Part shown: piece by piece, positions 50,233 to 62,250 of the stretch
Layout: each line of letters begins with the position of its first letter
How positions within the stretch are numbered: position 1 is the first letter of the stretch
Assembly: GCF_052425735.1 (NCBI RefSeq)
Contig: NC_135765.1
Location: 4,774,001 to 4,838,000, forward strand
Reading direction: 5' to 3'
DNA: 64,000 nucleotides
DNA from: Oculina patagonica
Taxonomy: Eukaryota
Notes under the pieces: generated by a model
Told to the model about the DNA's origin: nothing
The model's input: the letters and a program-made list of their open reading frames with translations, nothing else
Database searches by the model: none
Made by a program: the position numbers and the translations under genes

Positions 50233-52212
50233 TTTAACAAGTAAAATAAGAGAGTATTGGACAAGGACAGCACTCTCTTACCAAATTTTTGTTATTTCTC
50301 AAGGGACTGTTTTAATTTCTCAAGGGAATATTTTTCGCTGTAGGTGATAAAAGCGTCACTTAATAGGAATGCGTCAGCACTTCCGACCCGGAAGTGTTAT
50401 GCAATTTCTTGACGGCTTCAATAATAGAAAAAGTTACGAGGCAGGCAATTTCGATGGCCGTCCAGTTGAGACTACAGGCTATAATTTTTTTCCATTCTCA
50501 CGTGACACTTGTGACCTAGCCTTTTGCAATTTAAAGGTAGGTATTTTTCAAAGATCTCTGCCATTAATCAATTGAATCGCTTTGCTTTAACTTGCTGAAA
50601 AGCTGCTGTGAATCTTCATTGTCAGAGGATATTGGCCAATGCGATGATCTATTGTTACATAATGTAGTTACACAGTGATTCTTTAGGCTTGTCATGCAAT
50701 CCAAAAGAACGTCTGTGTAGGAGGCTTTCATAATAACGTCTATTTATAAATTCATTAATCTAAGCAGAAATTTGCAGCCAGCCAATAATCCCAGAAACAC
50801 TGGCATTAATGTCTGTATTATGTACCTACTATATACTGGCTTTTGCTCATTGCTTGTAACAGGATGAGGTCAACTAACGGAAAGGTTTTTTTATATACCA
50901 TACCACAATGTGCTTCTGATAAAAAGTAAATAAATAGACAAAGGTGAAACTCAAGACAATAATGACAGATGCTTGGTTTATGGCTTAGCAGGAATTTGAT
51001 AAGGGAAAATTCCCAAACTGCTGATAATCAGGAAATCAATCAACTGATAACTTTTCTTTTGGCAGTCAAACTTTAAGATTGGTTTTAACCTGTTGATTAA
51101 ATGCATCGCAAATCGCTTTCAATATTATCATTTCCCCTACTCATACCTCATGCAAAATATTCGGTATCTTGAAGGGATCTTGAAGACCCTATTCCTTGAA
51201 TTAGTATTTCACTTGTCTGAAGTGCCTTTCAATTACTGGTACACTTGCTACTTACCTTGACAGGAAATAATAGCTGAAGGACATGCAGCTGCTCAGGTTA
51301 TAAACCAGGTGAGAAAAAAAAGCTAATTTTTGACTGGGAGGCCAAATGTGAAAATTTTTGGGCATCGGTATAGTGTGTATTTATGCCAAGGCAGAGTAAC
51401 CAAGGCCGGACACGCACGTGAAAAAACTTCTGATACACTGTACATACAAGATCAACGTTCTGTTACTTGGTTGATGACAGTAAGTCATGACTTTACCATA
51501 CACTGTTCATTCCACCTGCCTACGAAAACAGCACATCCTTTTTTGTCAGTCCAGCTTAAATATTGTTCTGTTTACGTCAGGGTTCTGGGTTGCTGTATAT
51601 TTTCTTACTACTGGTATTTGGCCTGCTTGAATTCTCACGATTTCTCACATTCACTTTAAGTGATTTTGTACATCTTAACTTTATGTTCCTTAAAACAGAT
51701 CTCACGTTACTGTTCGCAAATAAACAAAAAATATCTCATAACATTTGCTTGGAGCAGAAACAAAACAATTTAATGCACATTTTCCTTGGTTGAACTGTTA
51801 CAACCAAGATTTTGTATCATTCACCACAACAGAAATCAGTTTATTCAAATAAAAACCAAACTAATTTAATTATCAAATTGTCGCGAAATGGCACATTCAT
51901 ATTCAGTTGCCGCTATCGATCATCAATTCATAAAGCTTATAAATACCAGAAGTTATCTGAAATTTAAAAATAAATCTTGAATATATACATATAAACCCTT
52001 GCAGGTTCATGACAGAATTGTCGAAATGACAGAGTTAAATGACCACCAGAAATCTGCCATAATGGAAAAAATTGCTGTAAGTAGTATCACTATCCCAAAA
52101 CCTTGTTTCCTCAAAAATAATTATATTTTCTTGCCCTGACAGTTAAATGAAGATTTCCACAAGTGGACTGTTAAGGGTTTCAGATATTTATTCTCTATAG
52201 AGGTTGAAGTGA

Positions 52213-52498
52213 GGAGAGGAGGAGAAGCCACGAGCCAAGTGGCCCACACTGCCGGAGCTTATCCCGGTTTCCGTAGCATTAAGCGGCTAGGAATATTTCT
52301 ACTCCCCCCTGAATGGGATGCTAGTCCATTGCAGGGTTCCCCCCCAGCATTATGTCGCCGGTACCCATGGAGAGAGGCACTATGAGAGTAAAGTGTCTTG
52401 CCCAAGAACACAACACAAGTGAACCCGGCCGGGGCTCGAACTTGGACCGCTCGATCCGGAGTCCGGCGCTCTAACCATTAGGTCACCGCACCTCCCAT
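52213..52498 (-). mobile_element. Full-length tRNA-derived SINE with TSD
   Basis: Head gggaggtgcggtgacctaatggttagagcg...gttcgagccc; 12-bp TSD AGGTTGAAGTGA at 52201-52212 and 52499-52510. Confidence 0.85.
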
Positions 52499-55400
52499 AG
52501 GTTGAAGTGAAGTGACATTCAAATCAATTGCTGGGCCATTTACTTTTTTTCTCTATCTCAAATATGTCCCTTGATTTATAAGAAAAAAAAAAACAGTTAA
52601 ATTTTATTCCACTATGAGTTAATATTTTACAGTCATCAAACAAAATAAGGTCATTATTATTGCAGACCTTATTGTCCGTTTTTACTCACTTATTAACTTA
52701 GATTATAGTTATAAAATAGCACGTACTGTGTCTACAGCCTTGTAAACAGTAGATTTACTTACAGTTTGCACGCCTTTGTCATTATTCTTACTTACAATAC
52801 TTTGCATAATTTATATTAAAATTGCATCACATTGTGTTGCATTGCATCACATCGCATTGCATTGCTTCACATTACATATTCATAGAGGAAGTAGTTGCAG
52901 GTGCACATTGCAGACTTATAACTTTATTTTTACATGTCACCTAATTTGCATTGTGACACAAGTGTAATGTCAATGAATTCATAGAATTGTGTATACGATG
53001 CAAACCTATTTCATTCTAACATTTGTTTTGTCGCATCTCAAAAGTGTGTTGTCTACGGCAAAAGGCTGAAGTTGAAATTCAAGGTTTCAAATAATTAGAG
53101 AATTTGTTAAGTACAACTTGGGCTCCAGGACCCTAGTTAAGTTAAGTAACATTTCGTGATTGGCTTATATGTACAACTTAGCTCAATGTGTACTTTTTAA
53201 CTTCCTTTCAGATTGTTGATAAATGTCTGTGTGATGGTGCCGATGAATACTTGCAAATTCTAAGCTTATGTTCAGTTATGATGCAACAGTTTTGCCATGC
53301 AGGACAAACATGAATAGATGGCGTGACAACAGTGTTATATGTTGTGTGACAACGCAGTCATCTTTGCTGACCTCATTAAAATTCCAGCTGTAATCTTATG
53401 TAACCTTACTAATAAAACATCAACAACAAATTAATTATAGTCAATTATCTTGAGTTAATTAATTTCCAGTCCCCGGTTGTTCTATAGCTGATTATCCCAA
53501 TCATCAAGCTTTTGTTCCTTTGTTTAATTTTAAAGGAATTATGTCACGGATGGCCGAGCTTGAAAAATTAAGCCTAATTTGTTAAATTTGTCATTTGTGA
53601 TCTTTCTTTATAATATCAATCATTGTTGCTTAGTGGTTTTTTTTTAACTGTTGTAAACTGTTTTTTGAGATTTATCTTCAAACTTTGTACATCACAAAAA
53701 GTTACTCAATAACTACCGTGACGTGGGTCCCTTTTCACTCGACACACTATTTTCCGAGTTCTCGATAGCAAGGCCAATTTCACTCCTTCGATTACTGTTA
53801 GACATTTTGTTAATCCGCTGACTAGTGCGTAACGCTTGTGCATAAATTGTGCATCAGTAATCGAGAGCGAGAAATCGTCTTACATTTCATTATTTCTTTC
53901 TTCAACAGACACACCTTTTTTGAGTTCGAAATCGAAATACTCAACTGCCAAAAAAAGATACAAAATCGATGAACTGTACGAATGTTAATAATTAAAACCA
54001 CACGATATTTTAAATACACCTGAATACAGGAGAAGCAAATGGTGTTTTGGGTAAATGTTTCTTGAATCCTGATAACGGTACAAATAGATACGTTCAAAGC
54101 GGAATGATATCAACAGAAGCTTTGAAAAAAGAAAAACGCTTACTGATTAAGATTCGAACCTGCAACCTCCCACCCTGCTCTACATGCACTTACTATGCCA
54201 CGGCGAGAAAATCGCTTATGAACTGTAGCTCAACAGGCTCAAGGTGCGGCCTGAGTACCGACGACCTGGCGATATTAATGTAGGGACAGCTGTGGTGAGA
54301 ACTGTTACTAGAAATTGTTGAATAATACGTCCCAGACGTATAACGTCTGACATCAAGTGCGTCTTGGTAAATACGAGACGCAGAAAACTCGTGCGTTGAC
54401 AAAACAAGATTTTGGAACCCTGCAATTCGATACAACATTCACAATCCGCGCAAGCAAGAGAAAGCTAAGCTTTAAAACCACTTACGCGATACTAACGTAA
54501 ATGTCAATCAAAAAGCTGAAATATTTTACTTAACATCATTACAGTTCAACATGTAAAAGGAGCGGTGAACTCCAAACATTATGGTTATGGCTTGATTTGA
54601 CGAATTTTGGTCATTTTACGTTGATGTTTGCAGAGGAAGGCGAAAAAAAATGTGCCCAGATTTATAATGCACACACCGAGAAGCAAAAAAATAATCTGCG
54701 AAATATCATGTGCAACAAACCCCTAATTAAAGAATTTTTCGATATTAAAAAAGTTTTTTGTTGAATTTTTCATTTCATATTACCAATCCAGTGCTGTGTG
54801 GTTGAAGTTTGACTGGAAGTGCATCGAAAGTTCACATTTACATGATCATAAAGTCCGAAATTTTGTTCATATCGAACTGCTCCGGCCTGACCATTAAACT
54901 GGCACCCAGCGACACTTGCGCTCCCTACACTGTTGATATGCCACATCTCACTTTGAATTTGCCACGTGCCTGCGGTGCATTCTTTACATTCAATATCCCG
55001 GATGTTAATGACCTCATAAGTGCGGCACTGTGTTTGCCATACGCCAAACAGATCGTGACCTGCCAACTTTGCGCGTGCGTAGTCGGTATAGACGAGACCC
55101 TCATTTGGGAAGTTGCAAGTGGCTCTGAGATGAGTTGATGCATTGGCAATTGACTGCATATGGGGCAAAGATAATCGATAGGCGCCCCAGTTTATTGCTG
55201 CTACCTCTTCATTAACCGGAAAGTCAACACCAAATCTGTTATACTTAAACTGGTTGTTGTTCGCCAAAGAATAGGACTGTATTAGCGTCCAAACATAACC
55301 AGGCTCAGAATTAAAGTCGCAGTAGACTTGAAAAGGCTTCTTCAATGAATCGTACACGTCGAACGTCCCGGAAATCTTGGCGCCATTTTTCGCTAAATCT

Positions 55401-55639
55401 TTGCAGTTACGAGGATAAGGTTTTAGTTTCTCACACCGCTGACCGGTGTAATCAGCAGGGCAAGTACAGTTGAATCTTACAGTGGTGGGGTCACAAATCT
55501 CCTCACAGGTCCCTCCCTGAAGACATGGATTGTCCTGGCAGCATCTGTTGACACAGCGATCAATTCCGTGGGAGAAGCGTCTACCATGCTATAAACAATG
55601 ATATTTATCAATATTTAAAATTATTGACAGTAATATACT

Positions 55640-56376
55640 GTAAAATCCTATTAAAAGGCTTTTGCGTGGATTCTACAACCCTACGCTACGACATTTACTG
55701 ACCTAACGTTAAAGACAGGGACGAACCTAACGATAGACGGGGAGCGATTTATAAGATCAAATGCTCCGATTGAAAAAAAAAAAAAAAATGCTCCGACTGC
55801 CAGGTCTCCTACATCAGAGAGACCGGTAGAAACCTTAACACGAGACTGACTGAACACAAACAAGCGACGAGAAATGGTGATGTCGACAATCACATTTCTG
55901 AACACCACCGACTTATTAACCACAAAATCGTCTGGGACTCTGCTGAATGCTTAACCTACAGCACAAACTATTTTTAACGACGCCTATCAACAGATGTCAA
56001 CAACTACCGGCACTTTACAAACGACTTATTCACGACGTAAACAGGACCGACAAACGTACCGCAAACAGTATTACTTAATTTGACTAACAATAAACGGAAC
56101 AGATGACAATAGACGGATCGAAACTACCAATTACTGCTGACAAACTTTACACGAGTCTTACAGCCAAATAACATCACGGCTAAACTGACCAATCGACTTC
56201 AACAGACCAGACTTATAACACCATCGACTGACAACAACTTTTCACTTGACTCTGAAGATGACTTCCGCTTAGATTGTCGAAACGTCAATCACCAACAACA
56301 GTTCTTCTCAGAACTACTCTCACCCGGACGATCACACAATACGACCTACTGATACTTCTGGGTTCAAACCATTTAC
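55640..56376 (+). mobile_element. Penelope-like element 3' fragment
   Basis: GIY-YIG remnant GAIYKIKCSD...ETGRNLNTRLTEHK...HISEHH and a typical end ctgaagatgac...gtcgaaacgtc. Confidence 0.8.
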
Positions 56377-56429
56377 GAAAATACTGAGGGTGGTTTGTAT
56401 ATTTGTATAAACGCTGTACAGTTGTTGTA

Positions 56430-56592
56430 CCCAAGTGGGTTGAGTTTGTTGTTGGTTCTCTTCCTTGCTCCGAGAGGTTTTCTACAGGTTCTCTGGTTTT
56501 ACTTTTTCCACAAAAAACCAACACTTCCAAATTCCAATTACGTACACTTCTAGCAAGCTCCTGAGAGCTCTTCCGCGTTACGTGGGTAAACT
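56430..56592 (+). mobile_element. SINE core fragment (second family)
   Basis: gtgggttgagtttgttgttggttctc...aaaaaccaacacttccaaattccaatt. Confidence 0.55.
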
Positions 56593-57329
56593 AGAAGCTC
56601 TTAGAGCTTAAAACTGCGCTGGTCACGTGACCACTCTAGGGGAGCCATGTGGGTATACAAAAATGCCCCCCCCCCCCACTTGTCCCCTTTACCTGCGTCG
56701 AACAATGTTGCGACTGACAAACAAAATGTTAAGAAAACACCTTGTGTGATATTTCATGGCTGAATAGTTCCATCCGCAATTAAATATTTTTCTTATATGC
56801 TAATGCTGGCCAAATTTAATTCCCACGATCCTGATCCGTGAAACCAAAAAATCTTTTAAATCAGCATCCAGTGTTGTATTGAATTCCCGTTTAAAGATTG
56901 AATAACTCGCTCCGAAAATGGAATATTGGAGCAAATAATTAAATCAAATTTAAGAAGAACACTAGAGCTGCTTTTTGCTGAATGGGAATTCTCCGGGGAC
57001 TTTATTTACCAATGACGTTAACCTTGCAAGCCAGGGCATGTTTATCTCAGTGGTTTTCCTTCAGACTTCAGAAATCCACTAGATGACACAGCTCCAAAAA
57101 TACATAACGCTAAAAAGTCGATCATTTTATTTTACACTTAACATGCTAGGTTAAGACCAGAGGATTTGTTTAGTTTCCATTTGTAGCAGATTTAAAGCTT
57201 TCAGAGCAGTGCGTGATTCTTGCCGATCGTCATCAGTGCCTTGTTAGTCTAGTGGGTTAGCAAAATTATTGTTACACGCCGGACAAAAGAACCAAATTTG
57301 GCACACGTAGTCTTTGAGGCATGGGCTTT

Positions 57330-57777
57330 AAGAAAATATGATGCTCCAAAAACATGGATCGCGAGAAAGGACAATTACGTCATCACAAAAATCGACAACA
57401 TATTTGTCATCTTCGATCCGCCATCTTGGATTTGAAAATTTTTCCAAAACGTAAGAAAACCGCCAAAAATTACTAAAAAGTACTGAAAACGATAAAATGG
57501 TGCAAAAAATGCCCAAAAGGTGAAAATAACTGCATTAAAAGTTAATTTTTATCTATAAAAACACAAAATTACAAATTTGGTAAAACATTTCTCTCAAAAT
57601 GCCGTTTTCATGACAACATCAAGTCTCTGACACAACAACCTGTCATATCAAATTATTTCTAAATATATTTTAGATAAAGTTGCAAAGCTTGGCAGTGTTT
57701 GGTTGAATGTTGAAAAATGTTATAAACGTTCAAAGTCGGCGCGGGCACTTTCCGCCCCCTGGTCTGGATAGTGTTAA
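57330..57777. mobile_element. piggyBac-like non-autonomous fragment; related left end at ~46272-46530
   Basis: TTAA-CCCTATTCAGAC at 46272 and GTCTGGATAGTG-TTAA at 57777. Shared internal block ccgccat.ttggattt.aaaatttttccaaaacgt.agaaaaccg. Confidence 0.45.
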
Positions 57778-57899
57778 GATTCCTTTTTTTGTGATACTTT
57801 TATCAAATTGACAAAAAAAGGCCCACTCCAGCTACACTTTGAGGAACAGTTTGATCAGTTTAAGTGGCTGTTTGAATGCTATTCCTGCCTCCTCCAGAA

Positions 57900-59500
57900 T
57901 TGCCACGCACTGACTTGCAAATTATTTTCTTTCCACTTCCACCTTCAGGTTTTTAGTGTTAACTTTATTAGGCTCTGTACACACGGCCAAACCCCCAACC
58001 TGGTATGCAGCTCTTTGAATATTGTTAGCAAAGCATCATGAAAAAAACTTACTTCCTGTTAAAAAATAGTTTTTTTAAAGATGTAATTGTAATCCGGTTT
58101 TCTACTTACTTATAATTATGTACTGTCAATCTCTCTTTAGTTTCTGAGTGTGCTGAAGAACAGCTAACTTTATCGAACTTGCTTTGTTTTAAGTAAGGAA
58201 AGTCTTCACAAAAAGGCAAATTTGTATCGCAGCCCAACAAAAAGACTTGAAATGCAGGATCGGAATTGACATTGATTGCTCCATACCTAAATTTCCACAG
58301 AATCGTAATTGACTTCTCAGAAAATGTGTACCAATTCCAAACGCCACCGATATGCCAGTTTACTCGGGAGACTTCCCTTGTATATTAAAGAATTGGCCAA
58401 CCAGTGCAACAGCGCCAAGACCAATTCCGTGTCCACTGTTCAAATTTTAATTTTGCTCTGCCCATTTTCAAGAGCGTCAAACAAATAAACTATTTCTCTG
58501 ATATCCGCTTCTTTATACATGTTTTTAAGTAAAGTCCATCATCAATTTGTCGCTACTCTTTGCAACTACCGAAGTACTTTTTGTGCTATCCCCTTTCTTT
58601 TGATTGTTCTCATTCTACATGAGTCCCATCTTTTGAAAGAAAGTTTGTTTTTGGTATCGCGAAGAAGGCATTCCAGTTCTTTCCTATAGGGGACTAACAT
58701 TTACTTGAGCACTAGGCCTTTATTTCTCATTTGTGCCATTCCTCGCTCACTCTGGCAGACAGCGATCCTACACTACCTCCACTTAATTGACAGTTTTCAG
58801 TTCCCGCCTGAGAAATGGCAGAGAGATTTGTTCTGAATACTCTAAAAAACAATTGTGTAACGTTTGGCTAGGATTGTAAATCAGGACGTTACCGTTAAAC
58901 ACTTCACATTCAACCGGTTTTTTCCGGTATCTTGCTTTACTTTGGGTAGAATTGGGCGAATAATATGCTAAGGTCGCCTTTGCGTTGCTGGCTACTGGTG
59001 TCATGCCCGCTTGCTTTGATTCGATTTTCTGACAAAAGACTTGTGGTAAATAATGGCAGCCAATTCCTCTTAATGGTCGGGTGATTTTAAAAGTGGCTTA
59101 ATTGATAAAAATCACATAAAGCCGTCTAGATGTTTCCTAGATGACTTATTACACGCTGAAAATGTTGGACACTAACCCAGCGACTGCAATTGACGTGGTT
59201 GTCTAAAGCATGCTCTAGGTCTTGAAGATACTCTTGCCTTGTTCTCTGTGGGAATGTATCAATGCCAAGAGAACTATTTCTGTTTCTGCACATGCTTCTG
59301 TCAAGATTGTCGTTGCGTGTCGCCATTTTTTGTAATCTTGCCCCCAGCTTTTCGTAAAACCCTTCTGTTGATTAATGTGCGCTTGCACTAGTTTCCGCGC
59401 CTTATAATGTATAAGTAATGTCCGACTAATATGCGTTGCTATCAAAAACCAATCCACCGATTCTTAGTCATTTAGACAACCAGTACCGCGCAACAGAGCC
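57900..59500 (-). mobile_element. Very decayed hAT-like transposase remnant
   Basis: Broken minus-strand frames with weak resemblance to the hAT RW and DPRFK regions. No termini identified. Confidence 0.3.
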
Positions 59501-60059
59501 CCAAGGGCCGTCTTCTCGATATGCAGTCCTCAAGGCACTGTAAGGAACTTTTCCCCATACAATTGTGGCATGTTTAACTGAATTCTATGTTTTGTAAATT
59601 TTTGTTTACAGAGAGCTTAAATGTTTGTTGTTACGTACCTTGCATGCTGCAGCAAACCATGCCAACCACACACAAGTTTTTGTCAGTTGTTCTTATCTAG
59701 TTTGTCTGTAAGTAACATCCGCTGGAATATATTTATCGAAATAACTTTTTTTTTAAACAGGCCTATGCTTTTAATTGACAGTTATTATAAAACATTGTAA
59801 AACTGCTGTGCTTATCCTGTCATCACGAAAGCCAGGAAGCCCTTACTAAATTCCATTCATTGTCATATTACACAAAACAACCAAAAATACCTTTCTGACG
59901 TAAAAAATGACGTCACTTTCATCATTCAAGTAAGACGATTTTTTGGAGCATCATATTTTTGGAAATTTTATGTTCAAAGGTCTTCGTATACCAAGTTTGG
60001 TGCTTTTGTCCAGTGTGTAACGATTTCTGCAAAATTTGGTACTAACCCACTGGACTATG

Positions 60060-60402
60060 TGAAAGTGAACCCTCTGCCCTCGATATAATAGGAATACTGA
60101 AGGCGGCAAGACGTTTAGTGTAAGGACAATCAAAGAATGGAACTCGCTTAGCGCGGACTTAAAACGGAGCCCAAGTGTTAATTCTTTTAAGCGTTCTCTT
60201 TTTAAACAAATTTTAAATAATCAAATCCATACGCAATCATTCATGTAATTTTAATTCTTAATTGTCTTATTGTATTTTATGTTGTAAATCTATTTTTAAA
60301 GTTTATACCATTGCTATATTTCCGTTATTGTTATATTTTTGTGAGGGCCACAAGTTTATCAGTTTGATTACTGTCAGGTGTCACCCTCGTTAAATAAAAT
60401 CC

Positions 60403-60435
<33 letters not shown>
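60060..60435 (+). mobile_element. L2-like LINE 3' end
   Basis: EGGKTFSVRTIKEWNSL...SFKRSL, a 3' stem-loop, AATAAA and a (TACT)n tail. Confidence 0.75.
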
Positions 60436-61001
60436 GCTAACGCCAGCACATTCCAGGACACAAACGTAATGTAAATATTATAAATGTAAATTCTTGCCCG
60501 CTAAAGCGTATTTTTCTTTCAAAACATGAAATTTTAGTATTTTCTTTGATTCAAACACTTCAAAATACTTCACACTAAATTTTTTAAGTAAAGACCAAAG
60601 GATTCGCAAAGATTTGAAAGGTAGCTGATAATAGCATTAAAACATTACGTGACTCGAGGTCTAGCCGATCGAAAGTGAAACTTGTCATGTCAGCACATTC
60701 TTTGACACCAACGTAATGGTATTTAATTACAGATTCTGGCCCACTGAATTATATTTATCTTTCAAAGCATGAAAATTTAGTATTTTCCATGAGTCAAACG
60801 CTTCAAAATCGAATATTTAACACAAAACATTCTTTGTAAAGACAAAAAATAATAAAATGTTTCCATTTGTAACTGATTCGTAGTATCTAAACATCGCGTG
60901 ACCTGACGCCTGACCGAGTGGAGGTCTGGGACTGGTCACCGACAAGACTAAAACTACTTCGAAAAATAAACCACGTGCAGAGCAAGAGCTGCGCAGGCAG
61001 T

Positions 61002-61526
61002 TAATAAATAGAGGATATTACATGGTTGCTTGGAGATATGAAATTTATCTTCGAGTGTTCAAATCGATATCTCACGAGTGAGCGCACGAACGAGTGGGAT
61101 ATCGATTTGAACACGAGAAGATAAATTTCATATCTCCAAGCAACCATGTAATATTCTGTTTATTATATAAATCTATTAATTACGATGTTTTTGACGATTT
61201 TCCGAAGATTGCCGACCATTTTCCGAAGATTTCCGAAGATTTGCAAAATTTTGTCCGATGGTCGTACGAATGTTTCCGAACATTTTCCGAACTTTTCCGA
61301 AAATTTCCGAAGATATCCGAAGATTGCCGAGGAAGATCCGAAGATGTTTCGACTTCATTATCGATTTACTTTGGCTCATTCAGCATCAAACCGGGGCAAA
61401 CTTGTCAGAAAATGTTTCGAAATCTATATCTTCACATTTGAAAATAACATGTTATTTTCACGTGTGAAGATATGATTTTTTCGCGTGAAAGATTTCCTGG
61501 TATTTCACTGATGTTTATATAATAAA
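61002..61526. mobile_element. Palindrome-ended non-autonomous repeat with internal (ttccgaagat)n
   Basis: ~160-bp hairpin at 61002-61165 and IR pair tttattatataaa (61159) / tttatataataaa (61514). Confidence 0.7.
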
Positions 61527-61656
61527 TTAGTGCATTTAATCTGTTTTTACGAGGTACAAATATTTTATTACAAACATGACTTCAAGCGACTTTACTTACA
61601 ATGGTGTAGTCCCGTACCAGATCGTAATACTTTGCTCCCAGTTTGTGTTTCAGTGC

Positions 61657-61820
61657 TACATACATACATACATACATACATACTTTATTTAACGTGGAAA
61701 AAAGTACACACTTAGCTGTTAGCTAGTTTACAGGTGCTCCACGATTAAAAGTTTAGTATTTACAAAAGTATTTACATCAAAACAAAGGGTATAAAAGTAT
61801 TACATCAGACTATTTTAAAA

Positions 61821-61854
<34 letters not shown>

Positions 61855-62250
61855 AAACAAACAAACAAACAAACAAACAAACAACAACACCATCTAGCTA
61901 AATTAAGATTCCTAAAAAATATATATATATAAATATAAAAATCCTATCTAAAAGCGATAAAATATAATTATTAAACATTGAAATCAGTTTGTCTAATCTT
62001 TTTCAAAAAGTCCTTTGAGCCTGCCATGGAACGAATATCACGAGGTAGCATGTTCCAGTGCTTTGCTGCAGCATAACGCCACGACTTAAGACCATATCTG
62101 GTAGTGTTCACTTTAGGTATGGAAAGATTAAAATTACCGCGAAGATTGTACGCTGTTCTCTTTTCAGTTATAAGATTTTTGAAGCTGGATGGTGCCCTGC
62201 CTTGAATAATATTGTTCACAGTCAATAACATATCTTGAGTGCGACGATTT
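61657..62250 (-). mobile_element. 5'-truncated CR1/L2-group LINE inside gene 5 exon 1
   Basis: YNLRG...PKVNTTRYGLKSWRYAAAKHWNMLP, AATAAA and a (TGTA)n tail. The exon resumes on the far side with ~4 bp lost and no TSD. Confidence 0.9.
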
